A stretch of DNA of 64,000 nt. Source: Luteolibacter sp. (GTDB lineage Bacteria > Verrucomicrobiota > Verrucomicrobiia > Verrucomicrobiales > Akkermansiaceae). The notes below the pieces were generated by a model. The model worked only from the letters and a program-made list of their open reading frames with translations. It was not told the DNA's origin and ran no database searches. Position numbers and translations under genes: made by a program. The DNA lies in the NCBI GenBank assembly GCA_030696085.1, contig JAUYNL010000046.1, positions 4,696 to 68,695 of the forward strand. The letters run 5' to 3'. Shown one piece after another: positions 1-9,287 of the stretch; the first letter of the stretch is position 1; each line of letters begins with the position of its first letter.

Positions 1-784
1 GACCGGCCATCAGGCGCAGCGTCTTGCAAAACGAGGAGGGCCCGGAGCAAAGATCGGTGAGCGCGGCGACCACCCGGAAATCCAGCGAGCGCGGATAGAC
101 CTGGCCGACGTTGGTCCAGACCGCCGGCATGCCGAGGTGGGCGACGACTCGTCTTTCAAGATCCGCCACCTTGGCGGCATCTCCTTCAAACAGGGAAAGC
201 TGGTCCATCTGCGTGCCGACGGCACCTTTCAATCCGCGCACCGGATAGGTGGCGATCAGGGTTTCCAGGGCGGCGAGCGATCCCAGCAGCTCCTCACCAA
301 ACATGGCCACCCGCTTGCCGAGCGTGGTCGGCTGCGCCGCGACATTGTGGGTGCGGGCGGTCAGCACCAGCTCGCTCCACTGCTCCGCGCGCCCGCGCAT
401 GCGGCGCAGCGAGGCGATGGTTTTGTCCCGCACGATCAGCAGCGAGCGGTAAACCTGGAGTTGCTCCACGTTTTCGGTGAGATCGCGCGAGGTCATGCCC
501 TTGTGCACCTGCTCGTGGCCGGCGAGATCGTTGAACTCCTCGATGCGCGCCTTCACATCATGGCGGGTGATTTTCTCGCGCGCCATGATCGAGGCCGTGT
601 CCACCTGATCCTTCACCTTTTCGTAGGCGGCGATGGCCTCGGCCGGTAAGTCCAGCCCGAGATCCCGCTGCGCCTTCATCACGGCGATCCAGAATTCGCG
701 TTCCAGGACGATCCGGCCCTCGGCGGACCAGATGGCTTGAATGGCGGGCGAGGCGTAGCGTTCGGCGAGGACGTTGGGAATCAC
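1..784 (-). CDS. purB: adenylosuccinate lyase, N-terminal part (runs off the window edge)
   Basis: Absent from the ORF track because it has no stop inside the window. My minus-strand translation from GTG at 784 gives VIPNVLAERYASPAIQAIWSAEGRIVLEREFWIAVMKAQRDLGL...GMTSRDLTENVEQLQ...ARTHNVAAQPTTLGKR...GLKGAVGTQ, which is typical of PurB/ADSL. Confidence 0.85.
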   Translation of the reverse strand, partial: MIPNVLAERYASPAIQAIWSAEGRIVLEREFWIAVMKAQRDLGLDLPAEAIAAYEKVKDQVDTASIMAREKITRHDVKARIEEFNDLAGHEQVHKGMTSRDLTENVEQLQVYRSLLIVRDKTIASLRRMRGRAEQWSELVLTARTHNVAAQPTTLGKRVAMFGEELLGSLAALETLIATYPVRGLKGAVGTQMDQLSLFEGDAAKVADLERRVVAHLGMPAVWTNVGQVYPRSLDFRVVAALTDLCSGPSSFCKTLRLMAG

Positions 785-969
785 GCGCGGAGCTTGGCGG
801 GCGGATCCCCAGCCGCCAACCGGAAAATGCCCTTAGGAAGGCCGCCACCCGGATCAACCCGCCCCCCGAGCATCCGCTTCCGGCGAAAGAAGTAGAAAAA
901 GTATCCAAAAACGAGACCAACCTGGATACTGCTCGTAGCAACTCCTAACAGCGGAGGCGTGCAACTCAT
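781..969 (-). CDS. small hypothetical membrane protein, apparently translationally coupled to purB
   Basis: Track ORF 781..987, re-started at ATG 969: MSCTPPLLGVATSSIQVGLVFGYFFYFFRRKR... It has one hydrophobic helix followed by a basic patch. Its TGA stop overlaps the purB GTG start (GTGA). Confidence 0.35.
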   Translation of the reverse strand: MSCTPPLLGVATSSIQVGLVFGYFFYFFRRKRMLGGRVDPGGGLPKGIFRLAAGDPPAKLRA

Positions 970-979
970 TGAAAATGAG

Positions 980-1056
980 TGGTACACCCGAAGGGACTCG
1001 AACCCCTAACCTTCTGATTCGTAGTCAGACGCTCTATCCAATTGAGCTACGGGTGC
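980..1056 (-). tRNA. tRNA-Arg (anticodon ACG)
   Basis: The reverse complement GCACCCGTAGCTCAATTGGATAGAGCGTCTGACTACGAATCAGAAGGTTAGGGGTTCGAGTCCCTTCGGGTGTACCA folds as a cloverleaf. The anticodon loop is CT-ACG-AA, the T-loop is TTCGAGT, and the CCA end is encoded. Confidence 0.9.
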
Positions 1057-1286
1057 TTTGCGCGTTGCGCGGACGGAGGAAAGCCCGGATCGTTGGCGGG
1101 TGTCAAGAATTTCGGCGTGATTTGTTGAATTTCACGCAGGATCGGATGATGGAGGGAAAGCCAGAGATGCCGCTCGCCGGAAAACCGAACCCGGGATCGA
1201 CGATTTGTCGCGGGTGTTGCGAAAAATTGGCGCTGTGACTGCGAAATTTTGACGCGATTTGCGAGGTGAGGCTTGTATTGACGGAG

Positions 1287-1315
1287 TTGCAAATGATTGA
1301 TTTTCAATCATAAAT
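1287..1315 (+). promoter_or_regulatory. candidate sigma70-like promoter with an embedded palindromic operator upstream of the hsp20 pair
   Basis: TTGCAA (1287-1292), a 17-nt spacer, then ATAAAT (1310-1315). The palindrome ATGATTG-N5-CAATCAT (1293-1311) fills the spacer and runs into the -10 element. Confidence 0.3.
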
Positions 1316-1417
1316 TCTGTCTTGAGGCGACTGGTATCGAGCTTGCTGGAATGTATTTGCGAAGTTCCGGATCAGAAGGTCCGGACGCATCAAACATCAC
1401 CCAATCAACACAACATT

Positions 1418-1861
1418 ATGAATCCAAACAGCATAACGATGAATCCGTGGGGCTCGCTGACCGGATTGAGAGACTTGCAGCGGGAAATGAGCCGTTTGTT
1501 TGACGGAGGAATGACGGTTGAGCGCACGGCGCGGTTTCCGCTGGTGAATGTGCTGAGCGATGCCGATGAGGCGCTCGTCACGGCCGAAATCCCAGGCGTG
1601 GACCCCGCGAACCTGGAAATCAGCCTGACCAAAGGCCAACTGACGATTCGCGGCACCATCAAGGATGCCGCACCGGCGGGCGAAGACATGATTTGTCACC
1701 GCAAGGAGCGGGCTAGTGGTCCGTTTGCCCGGACTTTCAAGCTGCCTTTCGAGGTGGAGGAGGAGAAAATCTCCGCGAAATATGAGAAGGGCGTGCTCGC
1801 GATCACGCTGCCCCGGGCGGAAAAGAGCAAACCCAGAAGCATCCCGGTGATCGCCGGCTGA
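1418..1861 (+). CDS. Hsp20/alpha-crystallin family small heat-shock protein
   Basis: Track ORF 1322..1861, re-started at ATG 1418 (MNPNSITMNPWGSLTGLRDLQREMSRLF...). The alpha-crystallin core is present: VNVLSDADEALVTAEIPGVDPANLEISLTKGQLTIRG...FKLPFEVEEEKISAKYEKGVLAITLPR. Confidence 0.9.
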   Translation: MNPNSITMNPWGSLTGLRDLQREMSRLFDGGMTVERTARFPLVNVLSDADEALVTAEIPGVDPANLEISLTKGQLTIRGTIKDAAPAGEDMICHRKERASGPFARTFKLPFEVEEEKISAKYEKGVLAITLPRAEKSKPRSIPVIAG

Positions 1862-1879
1862 ACCTGAAACATCAAAGCC

Positions 1880-2269
1880 ATGAATACGAACGAAACCATG
1901 ATGTCATCCGCTCCAAGCAGCGCGGTGAAAGAGAATGATCATCCGGTGTTTCTGCCTGCAGCGGACATTTATGAAAGCCCGGCCGGCGTGTGGATCCGCT
2001 GTGACATGCCCGGAGTGGCCGAGGAGGAACTGGAGGTCACTATGGAAAACAAGGTGCTCACCGTGTCCGGGACCCAGATGGGGCAGGGGCGCGAGGGGCT
2101 GGAAACGCTGGCTGGTGAATACCTGACCGGTGTCTATCAGCGGTCTTTCGGCCTCAGCCGTGATTTCGATGAATCCGCAGTGAAGGCCCGCATGAAGGAC
2201 GGAGTGCTGGAAATCGAATTGCCCAAGGCCAAGGAGGCCCGGGCACGGAGGATTCCGGTCGAGGCCTGA
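1880..2269 (+). CDS. Hsp20/alpha-crystallin family small heat-shock protein (second copy)
   Basis: Contains PAADIYESPAGVWIRCDMPGVAEEELEVTMENKVLTVSG...YQRSFGLSRDFDESAVKARMKDGVLEIELPK. It starts 18 nt after the first hsp20. Confidence 0.9.
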   Translation: MNTNETMMSSAPSSAVKENDHPVFLPAADIYESPAGVWIRCDMPGVAEEELEVTMENKVLTVSGTQMGQGREGLETLAGEYLTGVYQRSFGLSRDFDESAVKARMKDGVLEIELPKAKEARARRIPVEA

Positions 2270-2293
2270 CGCCCGATCCGGCCATCGGCCCGC

Positions 2294-4588
2294 TCAGAGC
2301 GGTTTGACGTGCAGCGTGAGGCGCTGGACGTCGCCGGTCCGCGGGTCGGTGGCGGTGAGGGTGTGGGTGCCGGGGGAGAGGTGGATGATGGGTTCCGGCG
2401 CGGCGGGATCGATGCGCAGGCTGGGCGATGACCAGCGGACAGTGCCGGGGAGATTGGTGACGGGCCGGAGTTTTCCGGAACCGGAGGGAATCTCGGGATC
2501 GAGTAAAAACAGGGCTCCATCCTGCGGGCTGAGGATTTTGAGGGCCACCAGATGGGGTGGCGCGGGATCGAGCGCGAGTTCGCCGCGGCGGAGATTTTGG
2601 GGGCTTTCAAACCAGGCGGCGTAGGTGGGATCGAGCAGGGCGATGTTTCCGGATGGGTCGTAGTCGGCGGCGCTGGCGCGAGGCGGGAGTCGGTCGGCGG
2701 GTGCGAGATCGCGCCGGGCGTGGGGATTGTGCGGATCGGCGGAGATGAGTTTGCCGTTGCGGGAGTCGATGGTGATTTCCACGAGCTCTGGTGGCCGTTT
2801 GAACCAGGTGGGGGAGTGATCCCGGTGGAGGCGGCGCAGGGTACGGTTAAAAATGGGTCCGGCTCCGTCGATGCCCGAGATGCCTTTCATCGGTTGGTTT
2901 TCGAAGTTTCCGGCCCAGACACCGACGGTGAACTCCGGCGTGAAGCCGAGGCACCAGTTGTCCCGGAAATCAGACGAGGTGCCGGTTTTCACGGCGCTGC
3001 GGAATGGCAGATCGAGCGGGCCGCCGGGTGGAAACGCGGGAGCGCGGGCGGACTGATCGGATAGAATATCGGCGATCAGAAAAGCCTGGGTTTCGGAAAA
3101 CAGCAGCCTGGATGCGACGGGCGGCGTGTCTAATGGAAAGAGCCGCGGCGGAAGGTGGTGGCCGAGGCGCGCGAGGGTCGCGTAGGCATTGGTGAGTTCC
3201 AGCAGGCGGACGGGTGCGTTGCCCAGCGTAAGGCCGAGGCCGTGTGGCGCGGGGTCGGGGCCGAGAGTGCCCAGGCCGAGCGTGGTGAGCAGTTCATGCA
3301 GCGGGGCGGGGCCGCCGAGGGCATTGAGCTCGCGCAGGGCGGGGAGATTCAGTGAGCAGGCGAGGGCGGTGCGGAGCGTGACGGGGCCGCGGTAGGCGCG
3401 GTCGTAATTTTCCGGTAGGTTCAGCCCCTGCGGCGTGCGGAAGGGGCTGGGGATGTCCGCCAGGATGGAGGCGGGGCCACGGTGCTTGCGCTCGATGGCG
3501 AGCAGGTAGGTGAAGGGCTTGAGAGCGGATCCCGGCGAGCGTGGGGCGAGCACGCCGTTGATCTGGCCGCCGCGCGGGTCGTCCCAGTCGGCGGAGGAAA
3601 CCAGGGCGAGGATTTCTCCGGTGGGATTGTGGATCACGACCGCGGCCGCGTGGCGGAGGTTGGCGGCTTTGAGTTTCGAGGTTTCCTCGCGGACAATGGC
3701 TTCGATATCGCGTTGAATGGGGAGATCCAGGGTGGTGGGGATTTGGGATCTGCGATTGGAGATTTGAGCTTGGCTGGCGAGCCATGGGGCGGGGTGCGAT
3801 TCGCGCAGCGGCCGGAGATGGATGGGTTCCGCGAGGCCGGTGGCGATGCGGGCTGGATCGGTCTTTCCGATGGTGGCCAGGCGTTTGAGAACGATGTTCC
3901 GGCGGGCGGTGGCGCGCTGCGGATGGCGCAGCGGATTGAGGCGGGAAGGGGCCTGCGGCAGCCCGGCGAGCAGGGCGCACTCGGCGAGCGAGAGGTCGGC
4001 GGGTGGTTTCTGATAGTAAAAGCGCGCGGCCTCGGCGGGGCCAATGCGGAGGTTGCCGTAATCGAGGCGGTTGAGATAGGCGGCGAGGATTTGACGCTTG
4101 CTCCACGTCATTTCCAAACGCCTTGCCGCAAGGGCTTCGCGGACTTTCGTGAGTGGTCCGCGATTTACCGGTGGGGATGATATTTTGATGAGCTGCTGGG
4201 TGATGGTGGAGGCTCCGGAAACGATGCGCCGCTGGCTGAGAAAATCCCTTGCGGCGCGCGCGGTGGCGAGTAGATCGATTCCGCCATGGCCATGGAAACG
4301 CTTGTCCTCCGCCGCCAGCGTGCAGGCGATAAGATCCGCCGGGATTTCATCCAGTGTGATCGGCGTGGAGCGAGAGGAATCCGGCAGGGGCAGGTGCGAG
4401 ATGGGCGTGCCGTGGCGATCGGTGAAAACCGGCGAGGCGTCCGGATTGGCCAGCAAGCCGGGCGGCAGCGGGATGGCGAAGGGCAGCACAAACCACACGC
4501 CCACGCCGAGCAGGATGACTGCGAGGAAATGCCGGGCGAGACGCCGTTTGTCTGACAACCAAGGTTTCAATCTGCCGGAAACTGCCAC
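2294..4588 (-). CDS. pbpC: penicillin-binding protein 1C (transglycosylase/transpeptidase with a PbpC-type C-terminal domain)
   Basis: Glycosyltransferase motifs (AAEDKRFHGHGGID, GASTITQQL, RKVREA), a transpeptidase SxxK motif (SPGSALKP), a KTG motif (VKTGTSSDFRDNW), and a beta-rich C-terminal tail. The track ORF (to 4846) overlaps ruvA. I place the start at the in-frame GTG at 4588, just before the TM helix. The start is uncertain. Confidence 0.85.
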   Translation of the reverse strand: MAVSGRLKPWLSDKRRLARHFLAVILLGVGVWFVLPFAIPLPPGLLANPDASPVFTDRHGTPISHLPLPDSSRSTPITLDEIPADLIACTLAAEDKRFHGHGGIDLLATARAARDFLSQRRIVSGASTITQQLIKISSPPVNRGPLTKVREALAARRLEMTWSKRQILAAYLNRLDYGNLRIGPAEAARFYYQKPPADLSLAECALLAGLPQAPSRLNPLRHPQRATARRNIVLKRLATIGKTDPARIATGLAEPIHLRPLRESHPAPWLASQAQISNRRSQIPTTLDLPIQRDIEAIVREETSKLKAANLRHAAAVVIHNPTGEILALVSSADWDDPRGGQINGVLAPRSPGSALKPFTYLLAIERKHRGPASILADIPSPFRTPQGLNLPENYDRAYRGPVTLRTALACSLNLPALRELNALGGPAPLHELLTTLGLGTLGPDPAPHGLGLTLGNAPVRLLELTNAYATLARLGHHLPPRLFPLDTPPVASRLLFSETQAFLIADILSDQSARAPAFPPGGPLDLPFRSAVKTGTSSDFRDNWCLGFTPEFTVGVWAGNFENQPMKGISGIDGAGPIFNRTLRRLHRDHSPTWFKRPPELVEITIDSRNGKLISADPHNPHARRDLAPADRLPPRASAADYDPSGNIALLDPTYAAWFESPQNLRRGELALDPAPPHLVALKILSPQDGALFLLDPEIPSGSGKLRPVTNLPGTVRWSSPSLRIDPAAPEPIIHLSPGTHTLTATDPRTGDVQRLTLHVKPL

Positions 4589-4669
4589 ATTTTCCGTGGG
4601 AATGAAGTGTGAACTTTGAGGGTGGATCGGGATTGACGCCCACCCGCCCGCCGCCAAGCTGGCCGCACG

Positions 4670-5266
4670 ATGATTGCAAGACTGCGTGGCAAAGTGATCG
4701 AGGCCTATCCGAACCGCCTGGTGGTGGATGTGCATGGCGTGGGCTACGAAGTAATCATCCCGATTTCCACGTTTGATCGGCTGCATGCCGCGGAGGGCGT
4801 GGAAGTGGATTTGCGCACGCACCTGCACATCCGGGAAACGGCACACACGCTCTATGGATTCGCCACCGAGGAGGAGCGGGACGTGTTCCTGATGCTCATC
4901 GACCGCGTCAGCGGCATCGGCCCGGCGATCGCGATGGCGGTGCTCAGCGGCATGCCGGTCTCACGTTTCAAAAGCTGCGTGGTGGCGGGAAACACGGCGG
5001 AACTCTCGCGCATCAAGGGGCTTGGGAAAAAAACCGCGGAACGCATCGTGCTGGAGCTCAAGGACAAGGTGGGAGTCACCGACACCTGGCAGGATGCCGC
5101 CGCCGGGGAGGTCAGTGCTTCCGCCGCCGATGCCGAGCTGGCGCTGCTGGCGCTCGGCTACAAGCAGGTGGATGCCCGCAAAGCGCTGCGCAAGGTGCTG
5201 GAGGCGGATGCCGCCGCGCCCGTGGAGGCGCTGGTGCGCGGGGCGCTGCGGGTGCTTCAGGGGTGA
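4670..5266 (+). CDS. ruvA: Holliday junction branch migration complex subunit RuvA
   Basis: MIARLRGKVIEAYPNRLVVDVHGVGYEVIIPISTF..., HhH motifs (VSGIGPAIAMAVLS, IKGLGKKTAERIVLELKDK), and a C-terminal domain III. Confidence 0.93.
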   Translation: MIARLRGKVIEAYPNRLVVDVHGVGYEVIIPISTFDRLHAAEGVEVDLRTHLHIRETAHTLYGFATEEERDVFLMLIDRVSGIGPAIAMAVLSGMPVSRFKSCVVAGNTAELSRIKGLGKKTAERIVLELKDKVGVTDTWQDAAAGEVSASAADAELALLALGYKQVDARKALRKVLEADAAAPVEALVRGALRVLQG

Positions 5267-5401
5267 TGAGGTTACTTCGTTTCGGGGATTTGCCTAACGG
5301 GTGGAATTTTTGTTTCTTGCCAGTCGTAAGCGGAAAACCGGACTCTCCCGGAGCTACGGGAAACAGCGCCGTAGCCCGAAACCCGCATCAACCCTGCAAC
5401 C

Positions 5402-6805
5402 ATGTCATTTTCCTCCGTGAATGAAACGATCGGCCGCCATCGGTGGACGATCTGCGCGCTCGTCTTCGCCGCCACCACCATCAACTACCTCGACCGCAAT
5501 GTGCTCGGTCTCCTCAAGAAAACGCTGTCAGATGACGGCGTTTTCGGTTTGGACAAGGCGGATCAGGAGCTGAACTACTCCACCGTGGTGATTTGTTTCC
5601 AGCTCGCCTATGCGCTCGGCATGCTGGCGGCCGGCAAGATCATCGACAAGGTGGGCACGAAAAAAGGTTATGCCTACTCGCTCATCGGTTGGAGCGTGGC
5701 CGCCATCGGCCACGCCTTCGGCCACCACACCTGGAGCTTCGGCTTCTGGCGTGCCGCGCTGGGCGTCACCGAGTCCGGAAACTTCCCGGCAGCAAACAAG
5801 ACCATGGCCGAGTGGTTTCCGAAAAAAGAGCGCGCGCTTGCGACCGGCCTCTACAATTCCGGAGCCAACGTCGGAGCCATCGTCGCCCCGCTCGCCGTGC
5901 CCTACATCGCGATGGCCTGGGGCTGGGAATGGGCCTTCATACTCACCGGCGCGGTCGGCCTGACATGGCTCGCATTCTGGTACACCATGTATGACACGCC
6001 CGCCGCGAAACTGGCGAGTGGCAAGCTTTCCCAGTCGGAATACGATTACATCCACAGCGATCTGGACGAACAGGAGGCGGAGCGGGCTGATGTGGGCAAT
6101 GAAAAGGTCTCCTGGTTCAAGCTGCTCACTTTCCGTCAGACGTGGGCCTTTTTCGTCGGCAAGTTCATGACCGATCCCATCTGGTGGTTCTTCCTCTTCT
6201 GGCTGCCCGCCTTCCTCGAAGGAGAAAACGCCCGGAAAACCCAGGAGTTTCTGGCCACGAATCCCGCCTTCGCGGGTGACAAGGCGGATATTCCCGGTGT
6301 CATCAGCTGGCCCTTCGCAGTGGCCGTCGTTTACACGGTTTCCACCTTCGGCTCGATCCTCGGCGGCTGGCTGCCCAAGCGCTTCATTGATGGCGGCATG
6401 GATGCCAACAAAGCCCGCAAACTCGCGATGTTCATCTACGCCTTGTTCCCGCTCACGGTGCTGATGGCTTCGCGTCTTGGCGAGATCAACACCTGGTATG
6501 CCGTGGCCACCATTTCCATCGCCTGTGCGGCGCACGCCGCATGGTCCGCCAATATCTTCACCACGGTTTCCGACATGTTCCCGAAAAAGGCCGTGGCATC
6601 CGTCACCGGCATCGGCGGCATGGCCGGCGCCGTGGGTGGCATCCTCATCGCCCGCGCGGCGGGTCTCCTGCTCAAGCACTACACCGCGCTCGGCAAGGTG
6701 GAAGTCGGCTACGGCATCCTCTTCGTGGTCTGCGGTTCCGCTTATCTCACGGCGTGGATTCTGATGCATCTGCTGGTGCCCAAGTTCAAGAAGATCGTTC
6801 TCTGA
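5402..6805 (+). CDS. MFS transporter, ACS/hexuronate (ExuT)-like
   Basis: 467 aa with multiple TM segments. N-terminal RWTICALVFAATTINYLDRNVLGLL, and WFPKKERALATGLYNSGANVGAIVAP, both typical of the anion:cation symporter MFS family. Confidence 0.8.
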   Translation: MSFSSVNETIGRHRWTICALVFAATTINYLDRNVLGLLKKTLSDDGVFGLDKADQELNYSTVVICFQLAYALGMLAAGKIIDKVGTKKGYAYSLIGWSVAAIGHAFGHHTWSFGFWRAALGVTESGNFPAANKTMAEWFPKKERALATGLYNSGANVGAIVAPLAVPYIAMAWGWEWAFILTGAVGLTWLAFWYTMYDTPAAKLASGKLSQSEYDYIHSDLDEQEAERADVGNEKVSWFKLLTFRQTWAFFVGKFMTDPIWWFFLFWLPAFLEGENARKTQEFLATNPAFAGDKADIPGVISWPFAVAVVYTVSTFGSILGGWLPKRFIDGGMDANKARKLAMFIYALFPLTVLMASRLGEINTWYAVATISIACAAHAAWSANIFTTVSDMFPKKAVASVTGIGGMAGAVGGILIARAAGLLLKHYTALGKVEVGYGILFVVCGSAYLTAWILMHLLVPKFKKIVL

Positions 6806-6857
6806 TGCGCGGCACTTGTGGATGGACTCCGGCATTTCCGGCGCCTACACCACGCGC

Positions 6858-8168
6858 ATGACCGTTCGCACCCGTTTCGCGCCATCGCCCACCGGCTACC
6901 TGCATGTCGGCGGGGCCCGCACCGCCCTGTTCAACTGGCTTTTCGCCCGCAAGCACGGCGGCGTGTTCGTCCTGCGCATCGAGGATACCGATGAGGCGCG
7001 CAATACCGACGATGCAAAACAGGCGATCTTCGACGGCATGGAATGGCTGGGGATGGATTGGGACGAGGGCCCGGGGAAGGGCGGAAACTTCGGCCCGTAT
7101 TTCCAGAGCGAGCGCAAGCCGATCTACGACGCGTGGTTTCAAAAACTGGTGGACGCCGGGCGCGTCTATGAGGACGGCGGCGCGTGGCGCTTCCGCTTCG
7201 AGCGCAAACCGGTCACGATGAATGATCTCGTCTGCGGCGAGGTGACCATCGATTACACCGATGAATCCAACACGCCGGACATGGTGGTGAAACGCTCCGA
7301 TGGTTCTTATGTCTTCCATTTCGTGAACGTGGTGGACGATTTGGAAATGGAAATCACCCATGTGATCCGCGGCGAGGACCACCTGATGAATACGCCCAAG
7401 CACCTCCAGCTCATCGAGGCTTTCGGCTGCAAGCCGCCGTTCTACGCGCACATCCCGCTGATCCTGAATCCGGACGGCACGAAGATGTCGAAACGCGATG
7501 CCGGAGCGGCGGTGGGCGACTATCCGCGCCAGGGATTCCTGCCGGGCGCGGTGGTGAATTTCATCGCGCTGCTAGGATGGAATCCGAAGACCGATGAGGA
7601 GATCTTCACGCTCGGGGAACTCGTGGAGCGCTTCTCGCTGGAGAATGTCAATCGCGCGCCCGCCCGCTTCGATTTCGAGAAATGCAAGTGGGTGAACCAG
7701 CAGCATCTCATTCCGATGGGCGTGGAGGATTTCGCCGTGGCGGCGAGACCCTTCGTGGAGGAGGCCGGCCTGCCGATTCCGGAAAACTACACTGCCGTGA
7801 TCGCGGCGGTGAAGGAAAAGGTGCGCCTGCTCGGCGAAGTGCCCGCCGCGGTGGATTTCCTGCTCAAGGACGCATTCGACTACGACGGGGAAGCCATCGC
7901 GAAAGTCCGAGGCAACGCCGCTGCAAAGGACTTGCTGGCCAGTCTCGCGGAAAGTTTCGCCACGCTTGCCGATTGGTCGGCGGATGCGGCGAAGACCGCG
8001 CTCAATGACGTGGCGAAGGCCGCCGGTGCCAAACCCGGACAACTCATGTTCCCGCTGCGCGTCGCCCTCTCGGGCCGCGCCCACGGGCCGGACCTCGGCG
8101 ACATCCTTGATCTGCTAGGAGAAGAACGCTGCACGGAGCGCGTGCGGAAGTTTTCACAAATCCTCTGA
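6858..8168 (+). CDS. gltX: glutamate--tRNA ligase
   Basis: RTRFAPSPTGYLHVGGARTALFNWLFARKHGGVFVLRIEDTD (HIGH motif) and KMSKR (KMSKS motif). Start re-picked to ATG 6858 (MTVRTRF). Confidence 0.93.
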   Translation: MTVRTRFAPSPTGYLHVGGARTALFNWLFARKHGGVFVLRIEDTDEARNTDDAKQAIFDGMEWLGMDWDEGPGKGGNFGPYFQSERKPIYDAWFQKLVDAGRVYEDGGAWRFRFERKPVTMNDLVCGEVTIDYTDESNTPDMVVKRSDGSYVFHFVNVVDDLEMEITHVIRGEDHLMNTPKHLQLIEAFGCKPPFYAHIPLILNPDGTKMSKRDAGAAVGDYPRQGFLPGAVVNFIALLGWNPKTDEEIFTLGELVERFSLENVNRAPARFDFEKCKWVNQQHLIPMGVEDFAVAARPFVEEAGLPIPENYTAVIAAVKEKVRLLGEVPAAVDFLLKDAFDYDGEAIAKVRGNAAAKDLLASLAESFATLADWSADAAKTALNDVAKAAGAKPGQLMFPLRVALSGRAHGPDLGDILDLLGEERCTERVRKFSQIL

Positions 8169-8223
8169 TTCTTCAGGCGCTTCGACGGACACAGTCCGCC
8201 GCTACATTCGTTCCATTCGCATC

Positions 8224-9117
8224 ATGAAAGCCGTTTACACTCTCGACGACCTTGTTTCCCGCGAGACGCTGGATGCCGGCGCGGACAAGCCCGTGCGCCT
8301 CGCCGTGCTTGGCTGGCCGATCGCCCACTCCGCCTCGCCGCGCATGCACCAGCCGGCGCTCGATGCGAACGGCATCCGCTGCCGGTACATCCGCCTGGAA
8401 GTGGAACCGGGAAACATCCCCGAGGCCTTCGCCCGGATGCGCGCGCTCGGTTTCATCGGCTGCAATGTGACGGTGCCGCACAAGCTCGACGCCATGGAAA
8501 ACTGCACCGAAGTCCACCCGGACGCGCGCGCGCTGGGCGCGGTGAACACCGTGCGTTTCGATGCCGACGCCACGCGCGGCTTCAATACCGACGGGCCGGG
8601 ATTCGCCCGCGCCATCGCCGATGATTTCGGGGTGCCGCTCGGCAGCCTGAAAGTCGCCATCATCGGCGCGGGCGGCGGCGCGGGGCAGGCCATCGCCACA
8701 CAATGCGTGCTGCTGGGCGTGGCGAAACTCGTTCTCGTCAACCGCACGATGGAGAAGTTAGGCCCGCTGGTGGAGCGCTTGCGGGCAGCCGGTCGCGCCA
8801 CGGAAATCATCCCGCTCTCCTTCGATGACGCATCTCTGGCGGATCGCTGCGGCGCGTGTGATCTGATCGTGAACACCTCATCCTTGGGCCTGAAACCCGG
8901 CGATCCCTCCATTCTTCCCGCAAGCTGCCTGAAGGCGGAGCACCTCGTGTATGACACGATCTATCAACCACCGGTCACGCCGCTGCTCGCCCTCGCCCGG
9001 GCCAAGGGCTGCCGCACTTCCAACGGACTCTCCATGCTGCTTCACCAGGGAGCGCTCGCCTTCCAGCACTGGTTCCCTCAAACCGATCCGCTTTCAGTCA
9101 TGCGAGCGGCATTGTAG
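8224..9117 (+). CDS. aroE: shikimate dehydrogenase
   Basis: LAVLGWPIAHSASPRMHQPAL..., NVTVPHK, GAVNTV...NTDGPGF, IIGAGGGAGQAIA (NADP-binding), LVYDTIYQPPVTPLL. Confidence 0.9.
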   Translation: MKAVYTLDDLVSRETLDAGADKPVRLAVLGWPIAHSASPRMHQPALDANGIRCRYIRLEVEPGNIPEAFARMRALGFIGCNVTVPHKLDAMENCTEVHPDARALGAVNTVRFDADATRGFNTDGPGFARAIADDFGVPLGSLKVAIIGAGGGAGQAIATQCVLLGVAKLVLVNRTMEKLGPLVERLRAAGRATEIIPLSFDDASLADRCGACDLIVNTSSLGLKPGDPSILPASCLKAEHLVYDTIYQPPVTPLLALARAKGCRTSNGLSMLLHQGALAFQHWFPQTDPLSVMRAAL

Positions 9118-9287
9118 TCCCAGGGTTGCCACATTGGAGGCTGTCCCCAAAATCCGCGGTTTTTTGGAACGATTTTCGAGAATCGCACATTTAAACCGGT
9201 AAATGCGTCGTGATTTGCCATCGCCAGAGGGAGAACCATAAATGCCATGGAGATGGTTTTGGGAAGCATGTGCAAACGCGGAAACTC

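Noticed and set aside
5351-5378. Hairpin GCTACGG-N9-CCGTAGC upstream of the MFS transporter gene
   Set aside because: It is a short isolated stem with no U-tract and no recognisable riboswitch core. That is insufficient to call a regulatory element.
5528-6835. 435-aa minus-strand ORF opposite the hexuronate-type MFS gene
   Set aside because: This is a shadow ORF with Gly/Arg/Glu/Asp-rich composition. The plus-strand frame has clear MFS motifs and TM segments. The same reasoning applies to 56247..57371 (antisense to typA), 3294..4106 and 3482..4180 (within pbpC), 36856..37812 and 34514..35329 (within hrpA), 47434..48675 (within ftsI) and 45887..46900 (within murE).
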